DNA from: Cenococcum geophilum
Lineage: Eukaryota
Direction: 5' to 3'
Length of the DNA stretch: 64,000 nt
Assembly: GCA_050273025.1 (NCBI GenBank)
Contig: CP158635.1
Location: 310,001-374,000, forward strand
The notes under the pieces are model-generated. The model worked only from the letters and a program-made list of their open reading frames with translations. It did no database searches and had not been told where the DNA came from. Numbering within the stretch: position 1 is the first letter of the stretch; every line of letters starts with the position of its first letter. This document shows positions 1 through 12,531 of this stretch, one piece after another. A program made the translations under genes and the position numbers.

Positions 1-3000
1 AGGTTAATATCCTAGTAAGTAAATAAAGGCGGTTAGGCTATATCCTAGGCAAGTCTCTCTATAGTATTTAGAGTTAAAGGTTGCTTCTCTCTTTTTCTAG
101 TTAATAGTAAGGTTATATTATTTAAGCTAGCTTATTCTAAGGATAATAGGGTAGTTAGTAAGTGGTGTAATATAGGCCTAAAGCTCTTCCTGGTGCCCGT
201 TTATATCTAAGTAAAGTTATACTATATAGGTAATCTTTTATGCGGTATAACTACTATTAGCGAGTTATAAGATATAGGCTTTAGTAAAGGGTAAGGTAGG
301 TAGGTTATAAGTATACACAAGTTAGGTATTTATAAATTGGTTAGTAGCTCCGCAGTTAATTATAGAACGGCTTTTATATTGTTTATGGCAGTAGTTCCTA
401 TTATAGGTAAAACTATCTATTTCCGTCCGTTTATCTTTACTAAGTTATCTATTAAGTAGGCTAATATATAGATCCCTTTATTATTAGGGCGTTCTAACCT
501 ACAACTTAGGGTTAGGATTTAGCGTTTTCCGCTTCTATATCCAATTCTACTATTATTACTACGTTTTTATCTTATATAGTAGTAGCGCGTAGCGACGTAT
601 TTAGTATTTAGGGCATTAGATTAGGTATTAGGCGGTAGGTACTAAACCTAGCTATTAGGCAGTTTAGGTTATCGTAATAATAGCCTTTTTAATAGCATTT
701 ATAGCAGCGTCCTAATTTCTAGAGTAGCTCGCGCTTTTTATTTAGGAGTTTTTACGGAAAGATTAGTATAAAAAGGTTAATATTGGCTCTAGTAGTACTT
801 AAGGTAGTAGGCGTTAGTGGCTTAGTATATATAGGTTTAGTAAGCCCAGAGGTCTTCTATAGAGAGGTCTTTAAGTAAGGGTTAGTAATAGCAATCTAAT
901 TTAATCGTCGTTTAATTTTTTATAGGGCTGCTACCATCTTATAAATATTATTATAGTTATAGCTAGCGACTGCGTAACTAAGGCGATAAGTAACTTTTTT
1001 AAGGAGATCCTCCTAGTCTTTAATATCGTCTTAGGTAAGGGCTCTGGTATATTCCTAGAATTTAATATAGAACTTATTAAATAATTTAGTAGGGCTTATC
1101 TTTAAGGCATATAGTTTAGCTCAGTTAGTGGCCAGTAGGTTATAGTCGCGGTATATTAGGTTAAGATTATTAAGGACTTTTTAGTAAGACTGCCACTTTT
1201 AGGGGCTACTAGTCTCCTATTAGGCGAAGAGTCTATTAAATAGTATACCCTTTATTCGCCCAATAATATAGCCAATCTTAGTATCTTCTATAGGAAAAAG
1301 GTAGGCGCTTTAAGTTAGTTTTTTACGGATTTGCATCTTCTAGTAGCTATATTCCTTGCGGTCTCCTTAAAAGACTAGGGGATTAGAATAGTATATATTA
1401 GACCCTACGGTAGCAGTTTAGGTCTAATTATTATAGCTTTTATTATCGCTGCTTTAGTAGGGGTTCCTATTAGGTAAAGCTGCTTAACGCTAACCCTCTA
1501 TTAAGCGTTAAGTAGGTAAAGTTGCCGGGGGCGTAAAAACTTAGGTGGTGTTATATATAGTAGAGAGGTATCTAGCGTTATTACAAATATGCTTATTAAG
1601 CTGAGATTATAGGTATTTAATTATGCCTTCTTTTTTAGTAACTATAGCAATTAGTATAATCTTATTCTTCTTTAACTGTTAAACATTACGTTTAAATACG
1701 CGGAGGTTGTCTTCGGTTTCTTAACGTGTATTATTAGCGAGCGCCTTATAAGCTTATAGGTCTTAGATAATATTACAATCTTAAGTAGTATGCATCTTAG
1801 CTTATATAAGCTTTAGGTAGTAGTTCTATAAAAGGCGGTAGTATTTATTAGGGTTTTATTATAGTGGGGTAAAATAGGCCACTACTTAGTGCCTTAGCAT
1901 TTTCCTATATATATTAAGCCTTTGGCTTCTCTCCTTTTCTCTAACACGACCTACCGGAATATATTCTTTCCTTTCTTCTTACTAACTGCTTTCCTACTAA
2001 TTAATTATAACTAACGACTAACTAACTAACTGGCCAACCAATAGACAGACAGCATTGTGACTTCCTATCTAAGAGGGACCGCGTCCACTACCACATATAG
2101 CATTCTACGCGGGGACGACGGCAAGCTCTTTAGATTAGAAGTCTGGCATTTTACACACAACTATATACGCAGAAGGTACGCAGGAATATACTACAGCTAT
2201 AGAAAAACCGCTAGCTATAGAAAAACAACCAGCTATAAAAGAACCGCTAGCTAGACTAATAAGATAGTAGAAGTAGAGAACTAGGTAGTATTGGACAGTA
2301 AGGGGAACTAGATAGTCCCTAAATAGAAAGATAGTAGAAAAGACGGACATTAGACTTAATGTATAGGCCAAAGAGTAGCAATAGTCTCGGAAAGTTACGT
2401 ATAAGGGCGTTAAGCGAACCAATAAGCCAATTAGACAACGTTAACTGGCAGTTAGAGTTACCTAATATTTTACTACCTACGCACACATAAGCATGGCTAG
2501 AGCTTTATTAAAGATATAAAGACAATAGGTAGCTAAGGGCTAACGAGATCTAAGGTATCTAGTGGTAAAGGAAGTTAGCGCTGCCTTTTAGGAATAGAAG
2601 AGAGAATACTAGGCAGGGTCGTAAGTATATAAGATTAGATCTGCCCTTAAAAGCTTTCTATTTTAGCTTAGCTTTATCCTCTTTTAAGTTATCCGGATTA
2701 TATTAGCGGCAGCTTTAGAGGCATTTTATAAAGAAATAGATGTAGGGGGAAGTGTTAGGCTTAGTAGCACCCTACCGCGCGGAATAACAGTAGGCTAAAA
2801 TAGGTGGAGGTCTTAAGACCTAGCAGTAGCGGTAGATAATAAAGACACCATGCTCTTCTAGGGAAATTCCCCTTTAGGCATTAAGAAGCAGGTGCCTTCT
2901 GTTAGGGATATAGATATATAAGTAAACTAGCCGCAATATATACGTACTAAAGTACTACCAGGACAGCTATCTAGGACACCCGCTGTTAAGACTACGGCTA

Positions 3001-5884
3001 TATAAGTAGACCTACCGCAGCGTTTACCTAGGACTAACCCTCTATAGACGAAGAATAAGAACCATGAGGACCGCCTATAAGCTCCTAAGGAAGCTCTAGA
3101 TATATATTATAACTAGTAGTTAACAGCTTAAAATAGGATCTACGTTATAGTTTAGCTAATGCTAGCCCTAGGAGCTATTAGAACTCCGTACTTTATAGGG
3201 CAGAATATATTATAGTTTATTAAGCAGTATAAACGGCTATGCGTCCAATACTATATAATAAGTAAGGAGAAGCACCAGGGCCTTCTAGAGTACTACGATT
3301 ACTAGATAGGGATATAGATCTAAAGCTTACCTAAATTTACAGCTAGTAATTAGACGGAGCTTATAAGAAAGCTTAGGGTAGAATACTAAGAAAGTGACTA
3401 ATTTCGATAAATAGAAACGGTAGAATTCTTAGAAGCCTATATACAGCAGTATAGGGATAATCCGCTAAATAGTATACGCGAGTACGATAGACAGTTCGTA
3501 TTAATCTCTTAAAAGGCTACTAAAGTTAGTAATTTAGATAACGGTTAGCGAGGATACTAGTTTATAAAAGGACTTTCGCTTAAATATTAAAGATACGCTA
3601 TAGCTAAAACGGGAGCTAACCTAGATAGACAAAAATCCTTTAACTTCTATTAGCTGCAAAAAGCTATAGAGGATAGACTTAGTTTATATAAGGGCGCAGA
3701 TTATCTATTAAAAATAAACCCTAAGGAGCAGAGCCTTTGTTGGCTGGTTAAACAATTCCGTAATTAGCAGTTAGTTTAAAGGGATAAGGTTAGCCGTAAT
3801 AAAAAAGGAAGACTTCTTAACCTAATTAGACTAGGTGTATACAAAGGAGCCCTAGTATAGTAGTAGTTGCCTACTATAAATTAAGCTACTATTTAAAGCC
3901 TAGTATAAGGATATGGCCTAGCACCAGGATATAAAGACTAGTAGAATAGCACCCAACCTCCGTAAAACTTTTAATATCTATAGGACTTCTAACCTCTATA
4001 GGACTTCCAATATCCGCAAGATTCTACTACCTTTAGATAACCGTAGCGGGACGTATAGGGTTAGTAGGATGGTACGCAATCTAGCCTAGGCCAATAAACC
4101 TATTTTAGATGCGGAGGAAGTCACTATTTTACTAAGTACGAATGTTAAGGGCTAAAGGATCTTATTTAGTAAGGATTTGTATATTTATCTAATTGAGGAA
4201 AACTAGTAGCTAGGACGCGCAAATAACCTAGACCTAAACTTCTATGGCTTAGCAATAAAGGACGATTAAAGGGTATTAAGAACTGGCTTTATATATACTA
4301 AGGAATAGACCTAGATGGATAGGTACGTTAAAAAATAAAAGGATAAGGATAGATGTAGAAATAGGCCCCTATAGGACAAATAGATTTTACTACTTTCTAT
4401 AATAAAGTAGTACTAAAGAATAGTAACAAAACATATATAAACTAGGAGGACTATTATTAAGTATAACCCGTAGACTTAGTAGTAACGCCTAGCTAGTAAT
4501 ATTCGCAAACCCTTAGAGACAGCCATATAACTAGGATAGCTATTAAGCTATAAGCTCTATAGTAGGTGGCGTAGGCTCCGCTATAGGAGAAGTATATACA
4601 ACCAGGAGATTATATCTAGATTAGGTTATAGCCTATAGATAAGACAGCTAAAGCTAGAAAGAAAAATAAATCGTTTAATCCTTAGAGACGGTCTTAGAAA
4701 CGGACGCTTAAGTGATAGGCTCTATAGTAGGCTCCGCAGCAGGCTCCGTAATAGGTATAGGATGTTTAACTAGGGGACAGTTAAGCTCTAAGGTGGGGGA
4801 GGGGACGTAAGTAACGGCCGTATAAAAGATTTTTATTTGTTTACTTAGTTATAGTATTTCCTAAAGGCTCCTTTTCTTATTTACTTTCTTAATCGCAACG
4901 CGTTAAGACGCGTTAGTCGCGACGACCTACTGCAAAGATGTCAGCTTAGCTTACCGCCTATTACTAAGCCAATAGTAATTTTCTATCCTAGGGACGGAAA
5001 ATCCTAATTAGTCCATTTAGCAGTAGAACTGGCAGAACTCTACACTACCCCTAGAATTCGATAATACGCTAGCTATATAATAAGAACGGCACTAAGAGCC
5101 TTAATTAATTGCACGGATATAGAGCTATAAGCAAAGCCTTGTTAAGAATTGGGTGGCTAGGCCTAATATAGGGTGGCTATTACCAGCTACCTAATTATTG
5201 TTGTATATAATACGAGCTTCTTACCCTACCAAATATTAAGCATTTAACCTTTTATTTTACTTTTAACTCCCCTTAGTCGTTTATTTTAATAAGCCTTAAT
5301 TAAACGACTATACGGAAGCCTTAGTCTTAAATAACCGTATAGAAGCTACGGTTAGTTAAAGGATCGAATTAAGCCAGAGCCTTAATATTAGTATATCGCC
5401 GTCACCAAATCAAATTAGTTAAATGTTGTTAAATTAGAGCCTTTAACCGGGCCAACTTTATTCCTTATTTAAATAATAGCTAATTATAGCTCTACCCTAC
5501 CACCTAAATTCAGTACTATACTAGCTATACGACGAGAACGGATACCGCGATAAGGAAGGGACTTATATAAAGGCAGTAGTATAATATTAGTAATAAAGTA
5601 CTATGTGCTTAGGCTATTTTTATACAACTAAAGATAGGATAAAGCCGTATCTGGCTAAGCTAGTAAAGGACTTTATTAAGGATTATAAGGGGAACAGAAA
5701 TTAGACGTATAGGGACCAGCAATTTTCCTTAAAGGTTATCTAACAAAGGACTATATTATAGATATAAGGCTAAGGATATACGACGGAGGTAGTTATAATA
5801 GCTAAGAAGCTGCCATAGGATAGTTTTAAAGGACGACTTAAATAAAGTATAGAGTTAGTAGGACAGTAATTAAGAGACTAGAAG

Positions 5885-6471
5885 TGTGACAGCTAAACTA
5901 CCAGCTAAAAGGATAGTGCACAAAGAAGATCAAGATTGACTTCATAGCTTATAGTTTAATATATATATACCTAAATAAGCGCCCGCAGGTCACGTGACGT
6001 CACAACTATCACATTACCCCCGCTCAAGACAGGCTTACGTCCTTAGAAGCCTACCCCCCTAGGTATCTTCGTGACTAACGCGCAGCACCACCCCCTATCT
6101 ACTAAGGGCGTACCTTAGTCTACTATATATGCCGATCCTCTAACGCGCAGGGGCCACCCCACGCATGCATTCGTGTGGTAGTCAGTCTCCCGTTAGTAGA
6201 CGACGCCCTCGGGCGCACGCTACTCGGTTTAGGACCTTAGAGGATTTAAGAGCTCCGCATAGGTGGGGTATTGTAAGCGCCCTGGGAATTGAACCCAAAG
6301 CTACCCCACAAAAGACGTTGTACACGACTGATCTTGATCTTATATAACGGCTGAACCACTAGCCAAAAGAATAGTGCACGAAGAAGATTAAGATCGACTT
6401 CGTAGCTTGTGGTTTAACATATATATACCTAAATAAGCGCCCGCAGGTCACGTGACGTCACAACCGTTATA
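5885..6471 (-). mobile_element. TRIM (587-bp miniature LTR retrotransposon)
   Basis: 129-bp LTRs at 5885-6013 and 6343-6471; 5-bp TSD AGAAG at 5880-5884 and 6472-6476; minus-strand purine tract GAGCGGGGGTAA next to 6013; 329-bp non-coding interior. Confidence 0.92.
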
Positions 6472-6839
6472 AGAAGCAGAAGATAATCCTAAAAAGGTTC
6501 TTAAGCTAGAGGAAGATTAAGGATACGTAAGCGTACTGCTAGTAGCGGGAATAAAGAAGCAGCCGTAAAAGCCTAAAGATATACTAAAGAAGCTAAGAGT
6601 AAGGACGGTTTAGAACAAGAAAGCAGCTATTAAAAACGTCCTATAAAAGCGCTAGGCCTATTATAGTAGTTTAAAGGAAGCTACCATTAGTGCTCGTAAA
6701 GAAGGAAGTCTTAAGATAGGTCTTTAGATTGTACGTTAAGAGGATACTAAGAGCCTTAATTAACTGCGTAGATATAGAGCTTTAACTAAATAACTGTACA
6801 GCTAAAGTTTTAATCGATTATCTACGGATATGGAGCTCC

Positions 6840-7815
6840 AATTAGACGTCTATATAGAAGCTTAACCGAACACCTATAGTGTAGGGCCTAGGTAGTATAT
6901 ACAGCAGAAGACGCCTTAAGTTAAGCTAGAGCCTTAGTTAAATCCTAATTAGTTAAACGCCGCCCATATAAGTCAAGTTATTAAATTAAAGCCTTTAGTC
7001 GGGCCGACCTAATACCCTATTTAAACGTTAGTTAATTATACGGTCATAGTCAAATTAAATTAGTTACCTATCGCCGTTAGGCGTCTTTAATTCTTAGTTA
7101 AAGATATATTACTGTAGATATATAGGCATATAGGCACGTGGATACTAGGCCTAATTAGGAAACTAATATATAGCTAAAAGAACGTTAGAAATACGGCTAA
7201 TTAACGTTTTAAAGCCTTAGCGAGAGCCTCTTCCCTTAGCTGCCCCCCCCTTAATTAATTAATTGCCGCCCGTCTTAACGCCCGTAGATTAGTTAACTAG
7301 AACGATCTTTCCTATAGATATAGATACGGAGCTTTATATAGAGTCTTATATGGAGTTTTATATAGAGTTATATATAGAGTCTATAGATAGGAAGTATATA
7401 GGTATAGAGCCTTAATTAGATAACAGTACGGCAGCTTAACTAGACGCCTATATATATAAAGCCTTAATTAATTAGACGTCTACGCGGAAGCTTTAATTAA
7501 CTATCTATAGATATAGAGCCCCAGTCGTATATATAGCAGAAGACACCTTAAGTTAAGTTAGGGCCTTATTAAATCTCAATTAGCTAAACGCCGTCTCCGT
7601 ATTTAAATTAGGATAATTAGAGCCTTTAACTAGGCCGACTTTTTACCTTAATCGGATAACTAAACGATTAGTTACACGTTATCGCCGACCAATTAGACGG
7701 TCTTTGTCCGGCAATTAAAGTAGGTAAGCATATATATAGACACTAGGCCTATATAGGAAATTAGTATACAGTTAGTAGATCGTCAGAAGTATTACTAGGC
7801 GACGTTTTAGAGCTA
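6840..7815. repeat. Degenerate internal duplication (~600-630 bp period) with short GAGCCTTAATTAA-type subrepeats
   Basis: 6840-7220 matches 7470-7815 (e.g. AGCAGAAGACRCCTTAAGTTAAG, ACTAGGCCTA..TAGGAAA); a partial third copy lies near 5290-5490. Confidence 0.65.
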
Positions 7816-8059
7816 CGGATATAGATATAGACGTAGAATATATAATATAGAGCTACTAATACACAGCCAGATGTATAGTTAGCCGTATAGTTAGATATAG
7901 AGCTATACGGATATAAAGCCCGGCGATATAGGGCCTAATATAATACTATAGATAGAGCCTTAATTAAGAGCCGTATATAATGTAGACTGATGCAAAGCTA
8001 GGTATAGAGCCTTAATATTAAACGGCAGCGGAATGATTAAGTCAATCTAGAGCCTCTGC

Positions 8060-8640
8060 TACCTTAATTAACTATCTTACTACCGTCGCTGCTGCCGCTA
8101 TTCTATCTAGCTATATCGTCCTTACTATCTTAACTAACTACTATCTCTACTAACTGCTGTCTCTACTAACTGCTGTCTCTACCGTCCTAGATTTATACCG
8201 CTGCTAGGTCTATTTACTACTAAATCTGCTAGGTCTATTATACTGTTCTATATTACTATTCTAACCAATCTGTTCTACTACTGCCGACTAGCTATCCTAC
8301 CGCTGCTACTACTACTATTATTATTCCGACTGTTCCGTTCTAGTGTTCCAATTATTCTACTACTACCGTTCTTACTAACTACTACTAACTAACTGCTACC
8401 GACCCTTTGCTGCTACTAAGATTTCTACTACTAAAAGTTCTGCTGCTAGATATCCTACTGCTTACTATATAAACCGAGTTCTTCTACTAACTATTCTATT
8501 ACTAACCGCTCTACCACTAACCGTTTTGCTTTATCTTACTACGCTAACTATCTACTTTTTACCATTACTACTACCGTTACTATTACTGCTGCTACTACTG
8601 CTACTGCTATTGTCATTTCTGGTTTACAGCTATTTTGGTT
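8060..8640. repeat. Low-complexity CTA/CTG-rich tract
   Basis: Runs of ctact/ctgct triplets with strong pyrimidine skew on the plus strand. Confidence 0.6.
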
Positions 8641-9200
8641 ACCGCTAGTAGGAAGGACACTATAGGATAGTTCTATAGGAGGGCTAAGGATAAGGTTACC
8701 TAAGTTCTTTTAGGGATATGCTTTCCTTTTCTATTCTGCTTTTACTATTTTTTTATTTTGCTATTCTTCTATATTATAGAACGTTAGGGGATAACGTTCT
8801 TAGTGGGAGAGGTATATAGTGGGGTAAAATAGGCCACTACTTAGTGCCTTGGCATTTTCCTATATATATTAAGCCTTCGGCTTCTCTCCTTCTCTTTAGC
8901 ACGACCTACCGGAATACATTCTTTCCTTTCTTCTTACTAACTGCTTTCCTACTAATTGATTATTACTAATGACTAACCGACTAACCAACCGACCGACAGA
9001 TAGACAGTATTGTAACTTCCTATTTAAGAGGGACCGCGTCTACCACTATATTATACTACTATTTATATAAACGTCTCGGCGTTTTATATTTCGATTTTAA
9101 TAGGTAGTAGCCCTTCCGTTTACTTGTCTGTAATTATATAGTTAATAAAAGATAAGATATTATTAATGTCCATCTCCTTAGGGGTTAAGGCTAAGGCTAA

Positions 9201-11310
9201 ATACCTTTACCGCACATGCAACCTTACCAAAAGGTAGCGCCACACTCTAAAACTTACGCATACCCATCTTACCATCAAAAACAATTGATTTTCCAACTTT
9301 TAAGACCTAATTCCTACCGCCTAGCGAGCTAGAGGTGGATTTATTTATCATTTTACCCCCTTATCCTAATAGAAAATTTTCTCTAGGGGTGGTCCTAGCT
9401 TATAAGCGAGGCACGGACAGGAACACCAAAACCACTACCACTACTACCAATACTAATACTAATAGGGGCTAGTCTTTCTACTTCCTTTTAGCCTAATCTC
9501 CCCAGAAATCTTCTAGTAGGATTAGTAAGGAGAAAGGGTATAAGGGTAAAAAAAAAACTAGGAAACCCCCCTATAAGATACCAAAGTCTAATAGGCATAA
9601 AAAAAACCCCCCTATAGAAATAAGTGATAATAAGTCTACGACTACATTCACTTTTTCTGCCCCTTCTCCTTCTCCTAGCCTATTTGGGACAGGAGAAAAA
9701 AGAGGACATCCTTAGTCTTCTACTAAAAAAGAAAACCAAAAACCTGCAAAAAAGACAACAAAATTAATGACTTTTACGGCTAGTATACCTAGTATATCTT
9801 TCCCTCCCCTTTCTCCTAAACAATACCTACAAAAGGCCCTAGAAAGCCTAATACAGGCCTATAAAGGGCTAGAAGAAGAAGAAAAAGAAGAAGAAAAAGA
9901 ACAAGTTAAACAGCTAGAGGACTATACACGGAGTATTCTAGTAGGAGAAAATCCCTTTATAAAGGGAAAAGAAAAGGCAAAAGATATCCTATAAGGATTA
10001 GTCGAAGAAGTAAGAGCTCTCTGTAAGGAGGTAGCTCCTACTAAGGAAACCTACGCAGAGAGACTAAAGAAGAACCTCCCTTCCTCATCCCCCCTGCCCT
10101 CCTTACTAACACCATCTCCTACCCCTTCTACTTCTACTAGAAGTAAGAAAAAGCAGCTATAAGAAAGGAAGCTAGTCCTTATTACAGACCAAAAGGACTA
10201 ACCTCTAGATACCTTCTCTATACGAAACAAAGTCAATTAACTATTTGCATTAAAACTACAAGTAGAAAAACCTGTTTTAGTATCTATAGCTAGAACTAAA
10301 GGAAAACAAAATATTCTTCTTACAACTACGGAAGAGTATAATGCGGATTTCCTAGTTAAATACAAGGAAATCTGGCATAATTGCTTTACTTTTCAAAGAG
10401 AACAAAAACTAGAACCATGGGTTCAAATTATAGCCCATGGGGTTCCTACCCTACTTTTCCTAGGAGAAGGAGGCTCTAAGCTTCTAAAAGAAGAAATTGA
10501 GACCTTTAATCCTATAAGGATACAAGGACTACCTAGATAAATCTTATCTAGTGTAAAAAGACACGATCCACAGACCAGATTCGGCTCTATAGTTTTTACT
10601 ATAGAAAACGAAGAAAAAAGACAAGAAATCCTTAAGCAAAAAGAGATATCAATTACAGGTACAGCTACTAAGGTAGTAAAATACCTCGAAGTCTCTCCTA
10701 CTACGCAGTATACGAGCTGCCAAAAATTTGGCCATATAGGAGATAGGTGCTCTACTAGGGCCTATAGATACTATGCGGCTGTATATTTATCTAAAGACCA
10801 TTCCTGTTCTACCTGTATAATAACAGGCAAGCCTTACCAGCATACCACCCCTCTTTGCATTAATTGTAAAGAAAAACACTTTGCTAATAGTAAAGACTAC
10901 GAGACTCTTAAAGCTGCTAAACTAGTACGCGAAGAAGATTCTATAGAAGAATAAAAACAGATAGGATTCTAGAAGGAGGCAACTCCTACTAGGCTCTTAA
11001 AATGATATTAGAGAGTAAAAGGACAGAAATAAATTGCAAAAGGATAGGGATAGGGGTTAGGATTTCCTATAGTTTTTCTTACCATTTTCTCATTCCCTAG
11101 TAGTTGTAGTATCTTAGTATTTTACTAGGAAACTATAAACTCCTAATTTAGGGGGTTTATAAACTACTAGGACATAGCTACTAGTATATATTAAGCTGCC
11201 TAGAAAGGATTTATGTATATAGAACTATAGCGCCATAGCCTAGAGGCTGCATGCGTAGTATTATACGTAGTATAATACAACGGACCTAAAAAAAAAAATT
11301 TAAAAAAAAA
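9201..11310 (+). mobile_element. ORF1-only non-autonomous LINE derivative with poly(A) tail
   Basis: TSD GGCTAAGGCTAA at 9189-9200 and 11311-11322; A-tail at 11288-11310; RIP-broken ORF1 ending ~10953 with zinc knuckles (CxSCQKFGH..C, CINCKEKHFANSKD). No room for endonuclease or RT. Confidence 0.85.
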
Positions 11311-11398
11311 GGCTAAGGCTAATAAATTGAATTCTCCTAGGATTAATTGGCGTTATAGGTTAAGTATAGGTATTAGATTATTCTTTGGGTTTAATATA

Positions 11399-11834
11399 AC
11401 GTGGTTTATAAGCGAGCTGCGAATATAAGCGAGCTGCGAACCTCAAAACCTTACTAAAAATTAGAAAAATCGCATTTTAATATCTTAACAACCACTTAAT
11501 AATAAATTCTAATAATTTAGATTTAGGCTTTTATATATACTTTAAAGCTTTTATTAAAGTTATATAGTATAAAGTTTAATAGTTTTTAAGATATTAAAAT
11601 TTAGGGGCTAAAATAAGGCTAAAATATTATATTTTATTATATCTTAAAAACCACTAAACTATTTACTATATAACTTTAATAGAAGCTATAAAGTATATAT
11701 AAAAGCCCAAATCTAAATTTTTAGAATTTATTATTAAGTGGTTGTTAAGATATTAAGGTGCGATTTTTCCAATTTTTGGTGAGGTTTTGAGGTTCGCAGC
11801 TCGCTTATATTCGCAGCTCGCTTATAAACTACGT
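11399..11834. mobile_element. Pogo/Fot1-type foldback MITE (436 bp)
   Basis: TA TSD, ACGT termini, ~195-bp inverted arms each carrying a tandem TATAAGCGAGCTGCGAA pair. Confidence 0.92.
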
Positions 11835-11992
11835 TAGTAGCTAATAAGGAATATTGTCTTACTATTATAGGTTCCTTAAAAGTACAAAGTAAGGTAATTT
11901 ATAGATACGCTGCTTCTAGTAGCGCCTATAGTATTACAGAGATGTAGAATTAGTTATAGGCTAAGCGTTAATAGTAAAAAGGCGTAACGTAA

Positions 11993-12185
11993 TGTTATGG
12001 AACGAGGGTAGTGGCTATAGAGCGTATGTATTTAAGGAGTCTATAAAACGTTACGTAATTAATCATAAGGGTTAAGGGCGTAAGGAGGTAATATACCTAC
12101 GCGTAGCTAATATAAGCTATATATAAGGTATACGCGAGAGCACGGGGCTCTCCTATAAAGGCCTCTATGGTGGGGTTCTATAATA
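11993..12185 (-). repeat. 5' LTR of Gypsy A (193 bp)
   Basis: Inverted termini TGTTATGGAAC / GTTCTATAATA (RIP of GTTCCATAACA); directly abuts the interrupted LTR of Gypsy B. Confidence 0.7.
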
Positions 12186-12531
12186 TACCTCTAAACTAAA
12201 GCTTATAGAATGCTGTATTTCGAAAATACTAAGCTAAAAAGAAGAGAAAGGGAGTTGCTAAGACTAATATAAATAAATATATAGGGTAAGCTACTAAGGC
12301 GCTAGCTCTAGGCGAGCTAATTATAAGTTAGCAAAATATAGTAGAATTTAGCAGGTAATGTGCGATAGCGCTATTATATTACCTCCCTCTTTAAAAGAAA
12401 GCCTACCCTTAAGCTTAGTTAGAAATAGGGTAGTATTAGGTTTATAAACACATAGATTATAAAGTATAAGATAAGGAGAAAAAGGGGATATAAGTGCGTC
12501 CGGACTAAGTATAAAAGGTAATTATAGGTTA

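Larger units (their letters stand above)
1860..9050 (+). mobile_element. LTR retroelement with gag-like remnant and no recognisable pol (non-autonomous, gag-only type)
   Basis: 236-bp LTRs at 1860-2095 and 8815-9050; 4-bp TSD TTAT; purine tract GGGAGAGG before the 3' LTR; degraded Gypsy-type gag motif (de-RIPed GTPYFxGQNVxQFIKQYERLC) near 3170-3250. No RT or integrase motif recognised by eye. Confidence 0.75.
1..12185 (-). mobile_element. Gypsy/Ty3 LTR retrotransposon A, 5' portion (LTR, gag, protease); RIP-degraded, runs off the left edge, interrupted by four nested insertions
   Basis: LTR 11993-12185 (TGTTATGGAAC...GTTCTATAATA). On the minus strand, a gag zinc-knuckle remnant RCYKCxxKG near 655-712 and a protease-like MIDCGAT remnant near 340-370. 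Pieces: 1-1859, 9051-9200, 11311-11398, 11835-12185. Confidence 0.8.

Noticed and set aside
6263..6309. Complete tRNA gene
   Set aside because: Only a T-arm-like hairpin is visible; no D arm or anticodon arm.
9181..9200. Telomere-like GGGTTAAGGCTAAGGCTAA
   Set aside because: Too short and imperfect; it is the LINE target site.
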